Of a DNA stretch of 64,000 bases, positions 20,396 through 34,059 are shown in pieces. The stretch lies in assembly GCA_965203555.1 (NCBI GenBank), contig CBDBCY010000004.1:2528001-2592000 (forward strand), read 5' to 3'. Under the pieces are notes generated by a model. That model had not been told where the DNA came from and did not search any database. It saw only the letters and a list, made by a program, of their open reading frames with translations. Position numbers and translations under genes: made by a program. How positions within the stretch are numbered: the first letter of the stretch is position 1; each line of letters opens with the position of its first letter. The DNA comes from Acidimicrobiia bacterium. GTDB lineage: Bacteria; Actinomycetota; Acidimicrobiia; Spongiisociales; ZC4RG35.

Positions 20396-22654
20396 ATGGC
20401 TCGATTCAGTGAAGCTCTGCGCTACCACTCCCATCCCCGACCGGGGAAGCTGGAGGTCAGGGCGACGAAGGCCACCCTGACCCAGGCGGACCTGAGTCTT
20501 GCCTACACGCCGGGGGTGGCCGAGCCGTGCCTGGCCATTCACGAGAATCCCCGGGAAGCCTTCGAGTACACCAATCGGGGAAACCTGGTGGCGGTGGTCA
20601 CCAACGGCACGGCGGTGCTGGGGCTGGGCAACATCGGGAGTCTGGCCTCCAAGCCGGTGATGGAAGGAAAAGGCGTGCTGTTCAAGAGGTTCGCCGATAT
20701 CGACGTCTATGACCTGGAGATCGACTCCGAGGATCCCGAGGATGTCATCCGCTTCTGCGAGTTGCTGGCGCCCACGGTGGGAGGTATCAACCTGGAGGAC
20801 ATCCGGGCGCCCGACTGCTTCTACATAGAGGAGGAACTGCGCCGGCGACTGGACATCCCGGTCTTCCATGACGACCAGCACGGCACGGCGATCATCGCCG
20901 GTGCGGGCCTGATCAACGCCGCCCTGCTGAGCGGGCGGCGCATCGAGGACATGAAAGTTGTGATCCTCGGCGCAGGCGCGGCGGGAGTGGCTACCGCCCA
21001 CTTCCTGTTCCGGCTGGGTTTCGACCCCCAACGGCTGTTGATGGTCGATTCACGGGGGGTGCTGGATTCGTCCCGTACCGACCTCGATCGCTCCAAGAAG
21101 GAGTTCGCCCGTGACACCGACGCCCGGACCCTGACCGAGGCGCTGGTGGGCGCCGACGCTCTGATCGGTCTGGCCCTGGGCGGGTTGGTCAAACCCCACA
21201 TGCTGGAGCCCATGAACCCCGAGCCGGTGGTATTCGCCCTGGCCAACCCCGACCCGGAGATCCCGTATCACGACGCCAAACGGGTTCGGCCGGATGCCTT
21301 TGTCGGCACCGGGCGCAGCGACTTTCCCAACCAGGTGAACAACGTCCTGGGATTTCCCTTCATCTTCCGGGGAGCGCTGGATGTCCGCGCCAGGGCCGTC
21401 AGCGAGGGAATGAAAGTGGCCGCCGCCCAAGCACTGGCGGTGCTGGCCAGGGAACCGGTTGCCGAGGCTGTTCTGGAGGCCTATCAGTTGAAGGAACTGT
21501 CCTTCGGCCCCGATTACCTTATTCCCAAGCCCTTCGACCCGCGAGTACTGACCACTGTGGCCCCGGCAGTAGCAGTTGCTGCCACGGAAGAGGGCCTGGC
21601 TCGGCTGCCCTGCAATATCGAGGAGTATCGCCAGCAATTGAGCGCAAGGCTCCGGCCTTCGCAGGGTTTGATCCAGGCCGTCACCATCCGGGCGCGCCAG
21701 TACCCGGCCCGGGTGGTGTTCCCCTATGGTGACGATGTTCGCCTGGTACGGACCGCCCGAAGGGTCCTGGATGAGCGAATCGGTCATCCGGTGCTGTTGG
21801 CCGATCGGGGGGTTGTCACTGAACTCTCGCAGGAGTTGGGTATCTCCCTCGATGGAATTAGGGTTGTCGATCCGATAAGCCAAGCTACCGAACGCGACCG
21901 TTACGCCACCAGGCTGCTGGAGTTGAGAGGTCACCGGGGCGTGTCGCGGGTCCACGCCGCCCGGATGGTCTTTGACCCCAATGTGTTCGCCGCGTTGATG
22001 GTGGAGTCGGGTGATGCCGACGTGTTGGTGGGGGGCCTTACCACCTTTTTCCCCGAAACGGTGCGACCGGCTCTGCAGATCATCAAGGTCAGGGAAGGTC
22101 GTTCGATCGCCAGTGCCCTCTACGTCGTTGTGACCGGCCGGGCCGCCTATTTCTTTGCTGACTGCGCGGTCAATATCTCACCCTCCGCCGGTGAGTTGGC
22201 CGAGATAGCCGCCTCGGCGGTGGAAGTAGCCCAGCACCAGTTCGGACGGGACCCCCGGGTGGCCTTCATCAGCTATTCGGACTTCGGGTCTGCTGCCGGT
22301 GACGAGCCGGCGCGGGTGCGCCAAGCCGTGGAATTGTTCCGTGATCGATGGCCGGAAACGCCGGTTGACGGGGAGATGCAGGCCGACACGGCGGTGGTGG
22401 AAGCTCTGCTGTCCGATCGGCGACCCGGAGGGCCCCTGAAGTTCCCGGCCAACATCCTGGTATTCCCCAACCTCACCGCCGCCAACAGCGCCTACAAATT
22501 GCTGGAACGGTTGGGCGACGCCGAGGTGATCGGGCCAATCCTGACCGGCCTCTCCCGATCGGTGCAGGTGCTGCAGAGAGACGCTTCGGTGGCCGAGATA
22601 GTCAATCTCACCGCCTACGCGGTGGCCGACGCTCACCGACTGAGGTTGGAGTAG
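20396..22654 (+). CDS. maeB: NADP-dependent malic enzyme with C-terminal PTA-like domain
   Basis: [23 protein letters not shown] and [11 protein letters not shown] motifs; C-terminal DGEMQAD. Confidence 0.95.
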   Translation: MARFSEALRYHSHPRPGKLEVRATKATLTQADLSLAYTPGVAEPCLAIHENPREAFEYTNRGNLVAVVTNGTAVLGLGNIGSLASKPVMEGKGVLFKRFADIDVYDLEIDSEDPEDVIRFCELLAPTVGGINLEDIRAPDCFYIEEELRRRLDIPVFHDDQHGTAIIAGAGLINAALLSGRRIEDMKVVILGAGAAGVATAHFLFRLGFDPQRLLMVDSRGVLDSSRTDLDRSKKEFARDTDARTLTEALVGADALIGLALGGLVKPHMLEPMNPEPVVFALANPDPEIPYHDAKRVRPDAFVGTGRSDFPNQVNNVLGFPFIFRGALDVRARAVSEGMKVAAAQALAVLAREPVAEAVLEAYQLKELSFGPDYLIPKPFDPRVLTTVAPAVAVAATEEGLARLPCNIEEYRQQLSARLRPSQGLIQAVTIRARQYPARVVFPYGDDVRLVRTARRVLDERIGHPVLLADRGVVTELSQELGISLDGIRVVDPISQATERDRYATRLLELRGHRGVSRVHAARMVFDPNVFAALMVESGDADVLVGGLTTFFPETVRPALQIIKVREGRSIASALYVVVTGRAAYFFADCAVNISPSAGELAEIAASAVEVAQHQFGRDPRVAFISYSDFGSAAGDEPARVRQAVELFRDRWPETPVDGEMQADTAVVEALLSDRRPGGPLKFPANILVFPNLTAANSAYKLLERLGDAEVIGPILTGLSRSVQVLQRDASVAEIVNLTAYAVADAHRLRLE

Positions 22655-22738
22655 GCGGTAACAAGCGTTCGAACCGGGAGGGTTGACTGTCGAGTACCCG
22701 CTAATCTGAGGTTCGGGTTCGAAACTCCTAGAGACGCC

Positions 22739-23944
22739 ATGAGCAAGACTTTCCATATAACCAGGGTTACCGCCAGAAACTTCCGCAGCATCGCCCGGAC
22801 CTCATTCGATCTTGATCCCTTCACTGTGCTGGTCGGACCCAATGCTTCTGGCAAGAGCAATGCCATGGACATTCTACGATTCGTGAGAGATGCCCTGCGT
22901 TTCGACTTGGAGGCGGCTATTTCGATGCGGGGGGGCATCAAATCCATCAGATACAGGACGAGGGGGGGAAGACCACCTGATATGGAAATTGGTGTACGTG
23001 CACAGGGCGGTACCTTTGCCTTTGAATACGGTTTTGTCATAGCAGCAGACCAGAGGAAAGGCTATAGGGTAAAACGAGAATTGCTGGGCATACGCCAGAA
23101 GCAAGGAATCCCTTTTACGATACGAATAACAGAAGGCGAGGGTGAGTTGTTGTCACCCCGGGAACCCTCACAAGGTCTTGGTGTCAAGTTTGAGACAAAT
23201 AACCTGTCCTTGCGGCTTCTGACTTTGCCCATTTGGAAGAGTTCACAAGTAGGCGAGGATGACGAGACCATCAACAGGGCGACCTTCTGGCTCAACAGGG
23301 GGCTTAGAGATATGCATTTCTATCATATCTTCCCCAAAGATATCAGAGAACCTCAGAAACTCTCCTCAGATCTTCCATTGGCTGAGTACGGAGAAAACCT
23401 GGCTTCAGTGTTAAAGTATATGAGCAGAAGGTATCCGAAAGCTTTAGAGAGGCTTAGACTTGCCCTCTCACATTTGGTTTCTCACATATCGGATGTAAGA
23501 GTGTCATCCACGGGAGGCTATCTCGTAACTCGATTGCAACATGTGAATGGTGGAGAACCCAAAAAGTGGTTCGACCTATCCCAAGAGTCGGATGGCACGT
23601 TGCGATTGCTCGGACTCTTGGTTGCTCTGTATCAGCAACCTGTTCCTGGTGTTATCGGCATAGAGGAACCGGAATTTGCTATTCACCCCGGGGCACTGAC
23701 CGCACTGGGAGAGATATTGGAAGAAGCGGCATTGACATCGCAGATACTGATTACTACGCACAGTCCCGAACTAATAGACGAAGTACCTGTCGACAGTGTA
23801 CGGGTTGTGGATTCGACAGAGGGCGCCACGACCATCGGAAGAGTGTCGATCCATCAGGTTGAGGCCGTGCGCGAAAAACTGTTTCTTCCGGGTGAACTGC
23901 ATCGCATGGAAGGATTGCAGATGGCTGCTCCGTCGGGTGGCTGA
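22739..23944 (+). CDS. ABC-type/AAA_21 ATPase (defence-associated type)
   Basis: NFRSI, Walker A GPNASGKS, signature SDGT, IEEPE, TTHS; lower GC than flanks. Confidence 0.88.
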   Translation: MSKTFHITRVTARNFRSIARTSFDLDPFTVLVGPNASGKSNAMDILRFVRDALRFDLEAAISMRGGIKSIRYRTRGGRPPDMEIGVRAQGGTFAFEYGFVIAADQRKGYRVKRELLGIRQKQGIPFTIRITEGEGELLSPREPSQGLGVKFETNNLSLRLLTLPIWKSSQVGEDDETINRATFWLNRGLRDMHFYHIFPKDIREPQKLSSDLPLAEYGENLASVLKYMSRRYPKALERLRLALSHLVSHISDVRVSSTGGYLVTRLQHVNGGEPKKWFDLSQESDGTLRLLGLLVALYQQPVPGVIGIEEPEFAIHPGALTALGEILEEAALTSQILITTHSPELIDEVPVDSVRVVDSTEGATTIGRVSIHQVEAVREKLFLPGELHRMEGLQMAAPSGG

Positions 23945-24027
23945 GACTTCCACCATTATTCCCATCGTGGAGGGGAAAGGGGAATTGTCGGCTACTCCTG
24001 CCCTGCTGCGAAGAATACTCCATCAGA

Positions 24028-25973
24028 CCGGAATTTGGCGGGTCGGGGGGTTTGGTGGGTGGTGATTGGTGTGTTGACCTGGGGTTTTGTGTTGTGAGGG
24101 GCCGGTTCTGTAGGGTGTTGTAGTGGCGACATTGTGTTGGTGGGATGGGGTGCGGTCTGCTAGTATTGTGGGGTATGTTCGTTAAGACGACCCGCCGTCG
24201 GAGGGGCGACAAGGTGTACGAGTACTTGTCGTTGGTGGAATCGGTACGCAAAGGAACGAAAACCGGTCACCGGACCCTTCTTCGCCTGGGAGAAGTCACC
24301 GCGTTGCGCGAAACCGGACAGTTGGGACGCATCATTTCGGCGTTGGAACGCCACCTGCACAAACAACGGGTCGATATCGACGCGTTGGCGGCCGAGCAGG
24401 CACCGGCAGTGGGAGGGGTAGCAGCCGCAGCCGCGGTGTGGGACCAACTGGGTTTGGGCGGGTTCTTCTCCGATGTGGGCGCCAAGCGCGGTGCAGGGGT
24501 TTTGGAGCATGCAGTGTTCGCGATGGTGGCCAACCGGCTGGTGGATCCTTGTTCCAAACGTCGCCTGCCCGAATGGACAACCGATGACGTGGTCATGCCA
24601 GCCGGGTGGTCGGCGCCGTCGCTTGACCAGTACTACCGTGCCCTGGACGCGGTGGCCGATGTCAAACCGGAGACCGAGGAGCATCTGTATCGACGGTTGT
24701 GCAATTTGACCAACCTCGGGCTGCGGCTGGTGTGCTATGACCTGACGTCCACCTATTTCGAAGGTTCCACCCACAAAACCGAAGCGTTCCCGTCGCGGGT
24801 GTTCGGGTACTCGCGGGATCATCGCCCGGACCGACCACAGATCGTGATCGGTCTGTTATGCACACAGGATGGGATCCCCATCGCCCATCATGTGTTCGCG
24901 GGCAACACCAACGACGCGTCCACCCTATCAGAGGTGTTGGGTGATCTGGCCAAACGGTTCGCGGTGGGCAGGATCTGTGTGGTAGCGGACCGGGGTCTCA
25001 TGTCAGGCGCCAATCTGGAAACGGTCGCCCGGGCCGGGTACGATCATCTGTTGGCCACCCGGCTACGCCGCGACCGGGTCACTGCCCAGGCGTTGGCCGC
25101 TGTCGACCGGGACACGGTATGGGTGGAGCTGTCCCAGCCCGGCAGCAGAGCGGCGGATATCGTCCTCTCAGACGGTACCCGCACTGTGGTGGTCGAGTCC
25201 GACGCTCGTGCTCGGCGGGACACACAACGCACCGCCGAGATCATCAAGACTGCCGAAACCCGGTTGTTGGCGCTGGAACGTCGTGTCCGCGCGGGTGGGG
25301 TCAAAGACCCCGCCAAGATCGGGAGAGCCGCCCAGCGAATCCTCAACACAGGTCGGGTCGCCCGGTTGTTCGATCTGGAGATCGGCCCGGGTCGTTTTGT
25401 CTACCGCTACAACGAAGACAACCATGCCTATGAAAAACTGCTGGCGGGTCGCTACGTGCTCACCACCAGTCTCACACCCGCCCAGGCCGACACCACCCAA
25501 GTCGTGGCCGCCTACCGGCAACTCCAAAAGGTCGAGAACAGGTTCCGGGTCCTCAAAGACTTCCTACGACTGCGACCGGTACGACACTGGACCGAAAAAC
25601 GGGTCCGCGGGCACGTGGCAGTCTGTGTTTACGCCGCCCTCATGGAAACGCTCATCACCCGCGCTCTCACCCAAGCCGATGTACGCGATCCCGACCTCGA
25701 CCACCAACACCTCACCGCCAACCGGGCGCTAAGGATGCTCAACCGCATCCGCCGGGTGAACCTGACCGCAAACAAGCACCACATCACGCTCACCACCCGA
25801 CGCACCCCCCTCCAAACACGGGCACTCGCCGCTATCGGAGTCGACACCCGCACCTGGGACAAAGCCACCATCACCCAACCCTAAAGGGTCCAAACCCCCC
25901 AATGTAGTGGAAACACTATCCACGCGTATGCCCCCTGACCAGGCAAAACACCAAACCACCCGCCAAATTCGGG
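24028..25973 (+). mobile_element. IS1634-family insertion sequence, complete (1946 bp)
   Basis: TIRs CCGGAATTTGGCGGG and CCCGCCAAATTCGGG; 5-bp TSD TCAGA at 24023-24027 and 25974-25978. Confidence 0.92.
24175..25884 (+). CDS. IS1634-family DDE transposase
   Basis: YDLTSTYFEG, GYSRDHRPDRPQIV, VADRG and VENRFRVLK...RPVRHW motifs. Confidence 0.93.
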   Translation: MFVKTTRRRRGDKVYEYLSLVESVRKGTKTGHRTLLRLGEVTALRETGQLGRIISALERHLHKQRVDIDALAAEQAPAVGGVAAAAAVWDQLGLGGFFSDVGAKRGAGVLEHAVFAMVANRLVDPCSKRRLPEWTTDDVVMPAGWSAPSLDQYYRALDAVADVKPETEEHLYRRLCNLTNLGLRLVCYDLTSTYFEGSTHKTEAFPSRVFGYSRDHRPDRPQIVIGLLCTQDGIPIAHHVFAGNTNDASTLSEVLGDLAKRFAVGRICVVADRGLMSGANLETVARAGYDHLLATRLRRDRVTAQALAAVDRDTVWVELSQPGSRAADIVLSDGTRTVVVESDARARRDTQRTAEIIKTAETRLLALERRVRAGGVKDPAKIGRAAQRILNTGRVARLFDLEIGPGRFVYRYNEDNHAYEKLLAGRYVLTTSLTPAQADTTQVVAAYRQLQKVENRFRVLKDFLRLRPVRHWTEKRVRGHVAVCVYAALMETLITRALTQADVRDPDLDHQHLTANRALRMLNRIRRVNLTANKHHITLTTRRTPLQTRALAAIGVDTRTWDKATITQP

Positions 25974-26610
25974 TCAGAGGATGTCCAGATTCGACGTGGT
26001 GGTGCAAAAGGCGCAGGGCGGAAGAGGAGAAGGAGATCTGATCAGGAACCTGCGAATCCACTTGGCGTACGCCCTCATGAAAAGGTGCGATGCCATTCTC
26101 GTGATGTTGGATGCGGATGAGGACTGCCCGATGTACTTGGCTCGTCGCCTTGCCAAGGATGCTCTGAATAGTGATATTGCCGTTCCAGTGGCCGTTGTAT
26201 GTGCCAAAGCGGAATACGAGGCATGGATCATCGCCAGTTTGGCGGGCGAGCACGGAGACCGGATCGGAGATTATCTTGGCCTTGGGGGATCAATGGTGCC
26301 CCAAGTGAAGTCGAAGGTCTGCGTGATGCCAAGGGCTGGATCAGCCGGCACATGCCCAGGGACCGTGCCTACAAGCCGACTCAGGATCAAGGGAAACTGA
26401 CGCATTACATCGCTATTGACTGGGTATTCAGAGAATCAAGATCTTTCCGTCGGCTCTGCCATGCCGTGGAAGAGTTGGTCTACGCGATGGGTCAGGGAGA
26501 GATTGGTTTGGTTACGCCAAGGCCATCCTGATCCGGGGGGAAAGGCGGTTCTGCCATAATGTAGGTGGTAGGGGCGAGGACTGGATTGGCGGTAGAGAGG
26601 CTGGGCTCAA

Positions 26611-29885
<3,275 letters not shown>

Positions 29886-29888
29886 CCC

Positions 29889-32800
29889 ATGCCCCGCATC
29901 CTCGACAATCTCACTGCCGATGACGGTGACTGCCAGATGGAGGCGGCCCTATCCGACACCCTGGCCACTTCCCGTTCCCTGGATGCGGCCGTCGGTTATT
30001 TCAACCTTCGCGGCTGGAGATTGATCGCCGACCGAGTGTCCGCTCTATCCGGCGAGCTGGACAAGCCAAAAGCCCGGGTGCTGGTCGGGATGACCGAGAA
30101 TCCGAAAGACGAGATGCGCCGCCTGATGAGCACCCGGCCTCCGCCCGAGCCGGACAGCGAGACCATCGCCGGTCGGCTCGACGAAACCGTGGACGAGTTC
30201 CGCGCCCAGTTGGAGGTGGGTCTGCCCACTGCCGCTGACGAGGCGGCTCTGCGAAAGCTCCGACGTCAGATCGGTGGCGGGGAGGTGGACGTACGTCTCT
30301 ATCTGGCCAATCGTCTCCACGCCAAGCTGTATCTGGCCCATCGCGACGACGTCCCGGTCCCCAGGGTGGGCTATGTCGGATCCTCCAATCTCACCCGGGC
30401 GGGCCTGCGGGAGCAGGGGGAACTCAATGTGGACGTGACCGACATCACGTCCACTGAGAAGCTGGCTACCTGGTTCGAGGAACGGTGGAACGACCCGTTC
30501 ACTGTCCCGGTCAACCCGGAACTGGTGGAGCTTTTGGACCAGTCGTGGGCGGGGGCCGCTCCGCTCGACCCGTATCTGGTCTATCTGAAGATGGCCTACC
30601 ACCTGTCCCGGGAAGCACGGGAGGGACTGATCCGGTTCGGCCTGCCTGCTTCGATGGCGGATCAACTGCTGAAGTTCCAAGAGGCGGCGGTGAAGATCGC
30701 CGCCCGGATCGTCACCGACCGCGGCGGGGTGATGATCGGCGACGTGGTGGGTCTGGGTAAGACGATGGTGGCCACCGCCATCGCCCGCCTTCTCCAAGAG
30801 GACCACGGCTCGGAGACGCTGATCGTATGTCCGAAGAACCTGACGCCCATGTGGGAGTCCTACCGGCGGGAATACAGGCTCCACGGCGAGGTGATGTCCC
30901 TGTCGATGGTTGCCACGAAGCTAAAGCAGATGCCTCGGCACCGGTTGGTGGTGATTGACGAGTCCCACAACCTCCGCAACCCCAAGCGCCAGGACCACCA
31001 GGCGCTGCGCAGATACATATCCGACAACGACTCGAAGGTGGTGTTGCTGTCGGCCACTCCGTACAACAAGAGCCTGGAGGACCTGGACGGCCAACTCTCG
31101 CTGTTCCTCGACGATCGCGTTGATCTCAGGATTCGGCCGGAACTGGCCATCGCAGAGACGGGCGAGGACCAGTTCGCAATCGAATGCGAGGGGCGCACCA
31201 CGTCTCTGGCCGCCTTCCGGCTGTCCGAGCACGTGGAGGACTGGCAGTCGCTGATGTCCCAATTCATGGTCCGCCGCACCCGCCGGTTCATCGAGGACAA
31301 CTACGCGGAGACCGACCGGACGGGGCGGAAATACCTGACCTTCGGGGATCGCAGCCGGTTCTATTTCCCCGAGCGGGTGCCGCGTCCCATCGAGCGGGAG
31401 GTCTCCACCCACGATCCGGCCGCCGAGATGCTGTCCGACGCCACCCTCAATGCAGTGAGGTCGCTCCGGCGGCCTCGCTACGCCTGGCACCGCTACCTGA
31501 CCGGCGCGCCCCCGTTGGATGCCGCCGAAGCCAAGCTGATCGCCGACCTGAAAGCCGCCCGGGGCACCGCGGCCGGGTTCAACCGGGTGTTCATGTTCAA
31601 ACGGCTGTCCTCATCCGGCCCGGCGTTCCTCCTCACCCTGCGACGGCATCTCCTGCGTGACCGTGTGGCGCTCCACGCCGCAGAGGGCGGTCGGTCGGTT
31701 CCGGTCGGCTCGGTGGACAAGGTGATCTGGGATGACGATCTCGGTACTGAGGACGATGGCCTGTTCAACGCCTCCGATCTCGGTTTGTCCCCGGCGGAGG
31801 CCTACCGGAGGCTGACCTCGAATCCTCCCAGAAATCTGCGATGGCTCCGCGCCGGGCATCTCAACGCCGAATTCCGCGAGCACCTCTCCCATGACATCGA
31901 GATCATTGAGGGAATGCTCGGCCGGTTCGGACGATGGGAGCAGTCCGCCGACGGCAAGATCGCCACCCTGGCCGACCTCGTCCTGGACCGGCACGCCGGA
32001 GAGAAGGTGCTGGTGTTCACCGAGTACAGCGACACCGCCTCCTATGTGGTCCGGTCGCTCGAACAACGAGGCGTGCAGGCGATCGCCATGGTGACCGGCC
32101 AAGTCGGGAGCGCCAGCGAGTTGGCTCGCCGGTTCTCTCCCGGCTCCCATCGGGGAGTGGTGGGATTGGAGGAGGGCGATGAGGAGTTGCGGGTGCTGGT
32201 CTCAACGGATGTGCTGTCGGAGGGGCAGAACCTCCAGGATGCCCGGGTCGTCGTCAATTACGACCTGCCGTGGGCAATAGTGAAGCTCGTTCAGCGGGCC
32301 GGCCGGGTGGACCGGATCGGCCAAGCCGCCGAGCAGGTGGTGCTCTACACCTTGCTCCCGTCCGATTCGGTCGAGGACGAAATAACCTTGCGCGGACGTA
32401 TCCGCGATCGCTTGGAGGAGAACGCCCGGCTTCTGGGATCGGACGAGCAGTTTCTCGGCGACGAAAGGGAGCGGGAGATGATCACGGGTCTCTTCGACGA
32501 GCACTCCGACTGGGATCTGGGAGATGGGGAGGATGTCGATCCGGTATCGATGGCCTATGAGATATGGCGGACCGCCGAACAGGAGCATCCCGAGTTGACG
32601 AGACGAGTGGAGACCATGCCGAACGTGGTCTACGCCACCCTGCCCGCCGCCTCGGACGGCGACCGGAATCCCCGTCGGCCGGGAGTGCTGGTCCACTCCC
32701 AGACGGTGACCGGGTCGGACTCCTTCGCCTTCGTGCGCCGGTCGGGGGAGGCCCGCCGGATCAGTCCGCAGGAAGCGTTGCGGACAGCCCGGTGCCAGCC

Positions 32801-33203
32801 CGACAGTCCGGCGCGCCCGCCGTTGCCGGATCACCACGACCTGGTGGCCGCGGCCTTCGCCGGGCCGCTGACCACCCCGCCGGAGAAGGTGGCCGTGAAG
32901 CCCACCGGAGTGCGTGGCCGGTGTTACGACAAGCTGAAAGCCCACATGTCCAATCCGCAGCTCAATCTGCTGATCACCGATGACGACCTGAACGCCGCGC
33001 TGGAAGACCTACGCCGGTTCCCGCTGCTGGAGGGGGCAACCCAGACCCTCGCCAAGGCGCTCCGAGAGCGCAAGCCCCCGGACCTCGCTCACCTGATCGT
33101 CAGTCTCCACCGGGACGGGCTGCTCTCCGCCTACCCGGACACCGGGTTCGCCCGACTCGAACCCCGTGTGATCTGCTCCATGGGACTCAGCCCGGACAAC
33201 TGA
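29889..33203 (+). CDS. PLD-nuclease / SNF2-like helicase fusion (putative restriction subunit)
   Basis: N-terminal LHAKLY...GSSNLT (PLD); DVVGLGKT, DESHN, LSATP, SEGQNLQ and QRAGRVDRIG helicase motifs. Confidence 0.9.
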   Translation: MPRILDNLTADDGDCQMEAALSDTLATSRSLDAAVGYFNLRGWRLIADRVSALSGELDKPKARVLVGMTENPKDEMRRLMSTRPPPEPDSETIAGRLDETVDEFRAQLEVGLPTAADEAALRKLRRQIGGGEVDVRLYLANRLHAKLYLAHRDDVPVPRVGYVGSSNLTRAGLREQGELNVDVTDITSTEKLATWFEERWNDPFTVPVNPELVELLDQSWAGAAPLDPYLVYLKMAYHLSREAREGLIRFGLPASMADQLLKFQEAAVKIAARIVTDRGGVMIGDVVGLGKTMVATAIARLLQEDHGSETLIVCPKNLTPMWESYRREYRLHGEVMSLSMVATKLKQMPRHRLVVIDESHNLRNPKRQDHQALRRYISDNDSKVVLLSATPYNKSLEDLDGQLSLFLDDRVDLRIRPELAIAETGEDQFAIECEGRTTSLAAFRLSEHVEDWQSLMSQFMVRRTRRFIEDNYAETDRTGRKYLTFGDRSRFYFPERVPRPIEREVSTHDPAAEMLSDATLNAVRSLRRPRYAWHRYLTGAPPLDAAEAKLIADLKAARGTAAGFNRVFMFKRLSSSGPAFLLTLRRHLLRDRVALHAAEGGRSVPVGSVDKVIWDDDLGTEDDGLFNASDLGLSPAEAYRRLTSNPPRNLRWLRAGHLNAEFREHLSHDIEIIEGMLGRFGRWEQSADGKIATLADLVLDRHAGEKVLVFTEYSDTASYVVRSLEQRGVQAIAMVTGQVGSASELARRFSPGSHRGVVGLEEGDEELRVLVSTDVLSEGQNLQDARVVVNYDLPWAIVKLVQRAGRVDRIGQAAEQVVLYTLLPSDSVEDEITLRGRIRDRLEENARLLGSDEQFLGDEREREMITGLFDEHSDWDLGDGEDVDPVSMAYEIWRTAEQEHPELTRRVETMPNVVYATLPAASDGDRNPRRPGVLVHSQTVTGSDSFAFVRRSGEARRISPQEALRTARCQPDSPARPPLPDHHDLVAAAFAGPLTTPPEKVAVKPTGVRGRCYDKLKAHMSNPQLNLLITDDDLNAALEDLRRFPLLEGATQTLAKALRERKPPDLAHLIVSLHRDGLLSAYPDTGFARLEPRVICSMGLSPDN

Positions 33204-33785
33204 CCCGAGTTTGGCGGGTGGTGTGGTGTTTTGCCTGGTCAGGGGGCATGCGCGTGGATAGTGTTTCCACTACATTTGGGGGTTTGGACCCCTTTTTAGG
33301 GTTGGGTGATGGTGGCTTTGTCCCAGGTGCGGGTGTCGACTCCGACGGCGGTGAGGGTCCGGGTTTGTAGTGGGGTGCGTCGGGTGGTGAGGGTGATCTG
33401 GTGTTTGTTGGTGGTCAGGTTCACCCGGCGGATGCGGTTGAGCATCCTTAGTGCCCGGTTGGCGGTGAGGTGTTGGTGGTTGAGGTCGGGATCCCGTACA
33501 TCGGCTGTGGTGAGAGCGCGGGTGATGAGCGTTTTGCATGAGGGCGGCGTAAACACAGACTGCCTTCGTGCCCGCGGACCCGTTGTTCGGTCCAGTGTCT
33601 TACCGGTCGCAGTCGTAGGAAGTCTTTGAGGACCCGGACTGGTCTCGACTGTTTGCAACTGCCGGTAGGCGGCCACGATTTGGGTGGTGTCGGCTTGGGC
33701 GGTGGTGAGACTGGTGGTGAGCACGTAGCGACCGGCCAGCAGCTTTTCATAGTCATGGTTGTCTTCGTTGTAGTGGTAGAGAAAT
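33204..33785 (-). mobile_element. Truncated, frameshifted IS1634 copy (3' end only), inverted relative to the first copy
   Basis: TIR CCCGAGTTTGGCGGG at 33204; similar to about 25395-25973 with substitutions and several indels. Confidence 0.9.
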
Positions 33786-33955
33786 GGGTCATCGGAATTT
33801 AGGGGGGAGTTGGGGAATCCGCCGTATGTGAGGGGGGTCCTCCATAATCGGGTTCCGGAACTTCGCCAACTACCGGATCAGAGCCCTCCTCTACGCCGGC
33901 AAACCCAACTGGAACCTCCTCCCAACCATCACTCCCCACTGAATTCCGAAGTGCC
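33786..33955 (+). mobile_element. ISL3-derived MITE (internally deleted, 170 bp)
   Basis: 25-bp imperfect TIRs (20/25: GGGTCATCGGAATTTAGGGGGGAGT vs GGCACTTCGGAATTCAGTGGGGAGT); retains an ISL3-like transposase C-terminus GFRNFANYRIRALLYAGKPNWNLLPTITPH*. Confidence 0.75.
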
Positions 33956-34013
33956 AGTTTTGTGCTGTCGGGTGAGGATGAGCGCCGGGCCTCGCCTTTC
34001 TTTGGCTGTTCTA

Positions 34014-34059
34014 TACTGTCGGTCTATATGGTTGTTTACTGTCGGTTTGTATGGTTGTT
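34014..34059 (+). repeat. Tandem 23-bp imperfect direct repeat (2 copies)
   Basis: TACTGTCGGTCTATATGGTTGTT followed by TACTGTCGGTTTGTATGGTTGTT. Confidence 0.75.

Larger units (their letters stand above)
23937..26531 (+). pseudogene. DUF4276-family (TOPRIM-like) gene interrupted by IS1634 and a 1-nt frameshift near 26284-26302
   Basis: IVEGKGE at the N-terminus; removing the IS and one TSD restores ...LHQ-RMSRF... in frame; LDADEDCP and EYEAW; C-terminal RDAKGW...SRSFRRL in the shifted frame. Confidence 0.85.

Noticed and set aside
22660-22738. GTTCGAA-containing segments as an att copy of the tRNA-Lys 3' end
   Set aside because: Only T-loop-like heptamers; no extended identity to the tRNA 3' end and no integrase.
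34014-34059. 23-bp repeats as a CRISPR array
   Set aside because: Only two adjacent copies, no spacers and no cas genes.
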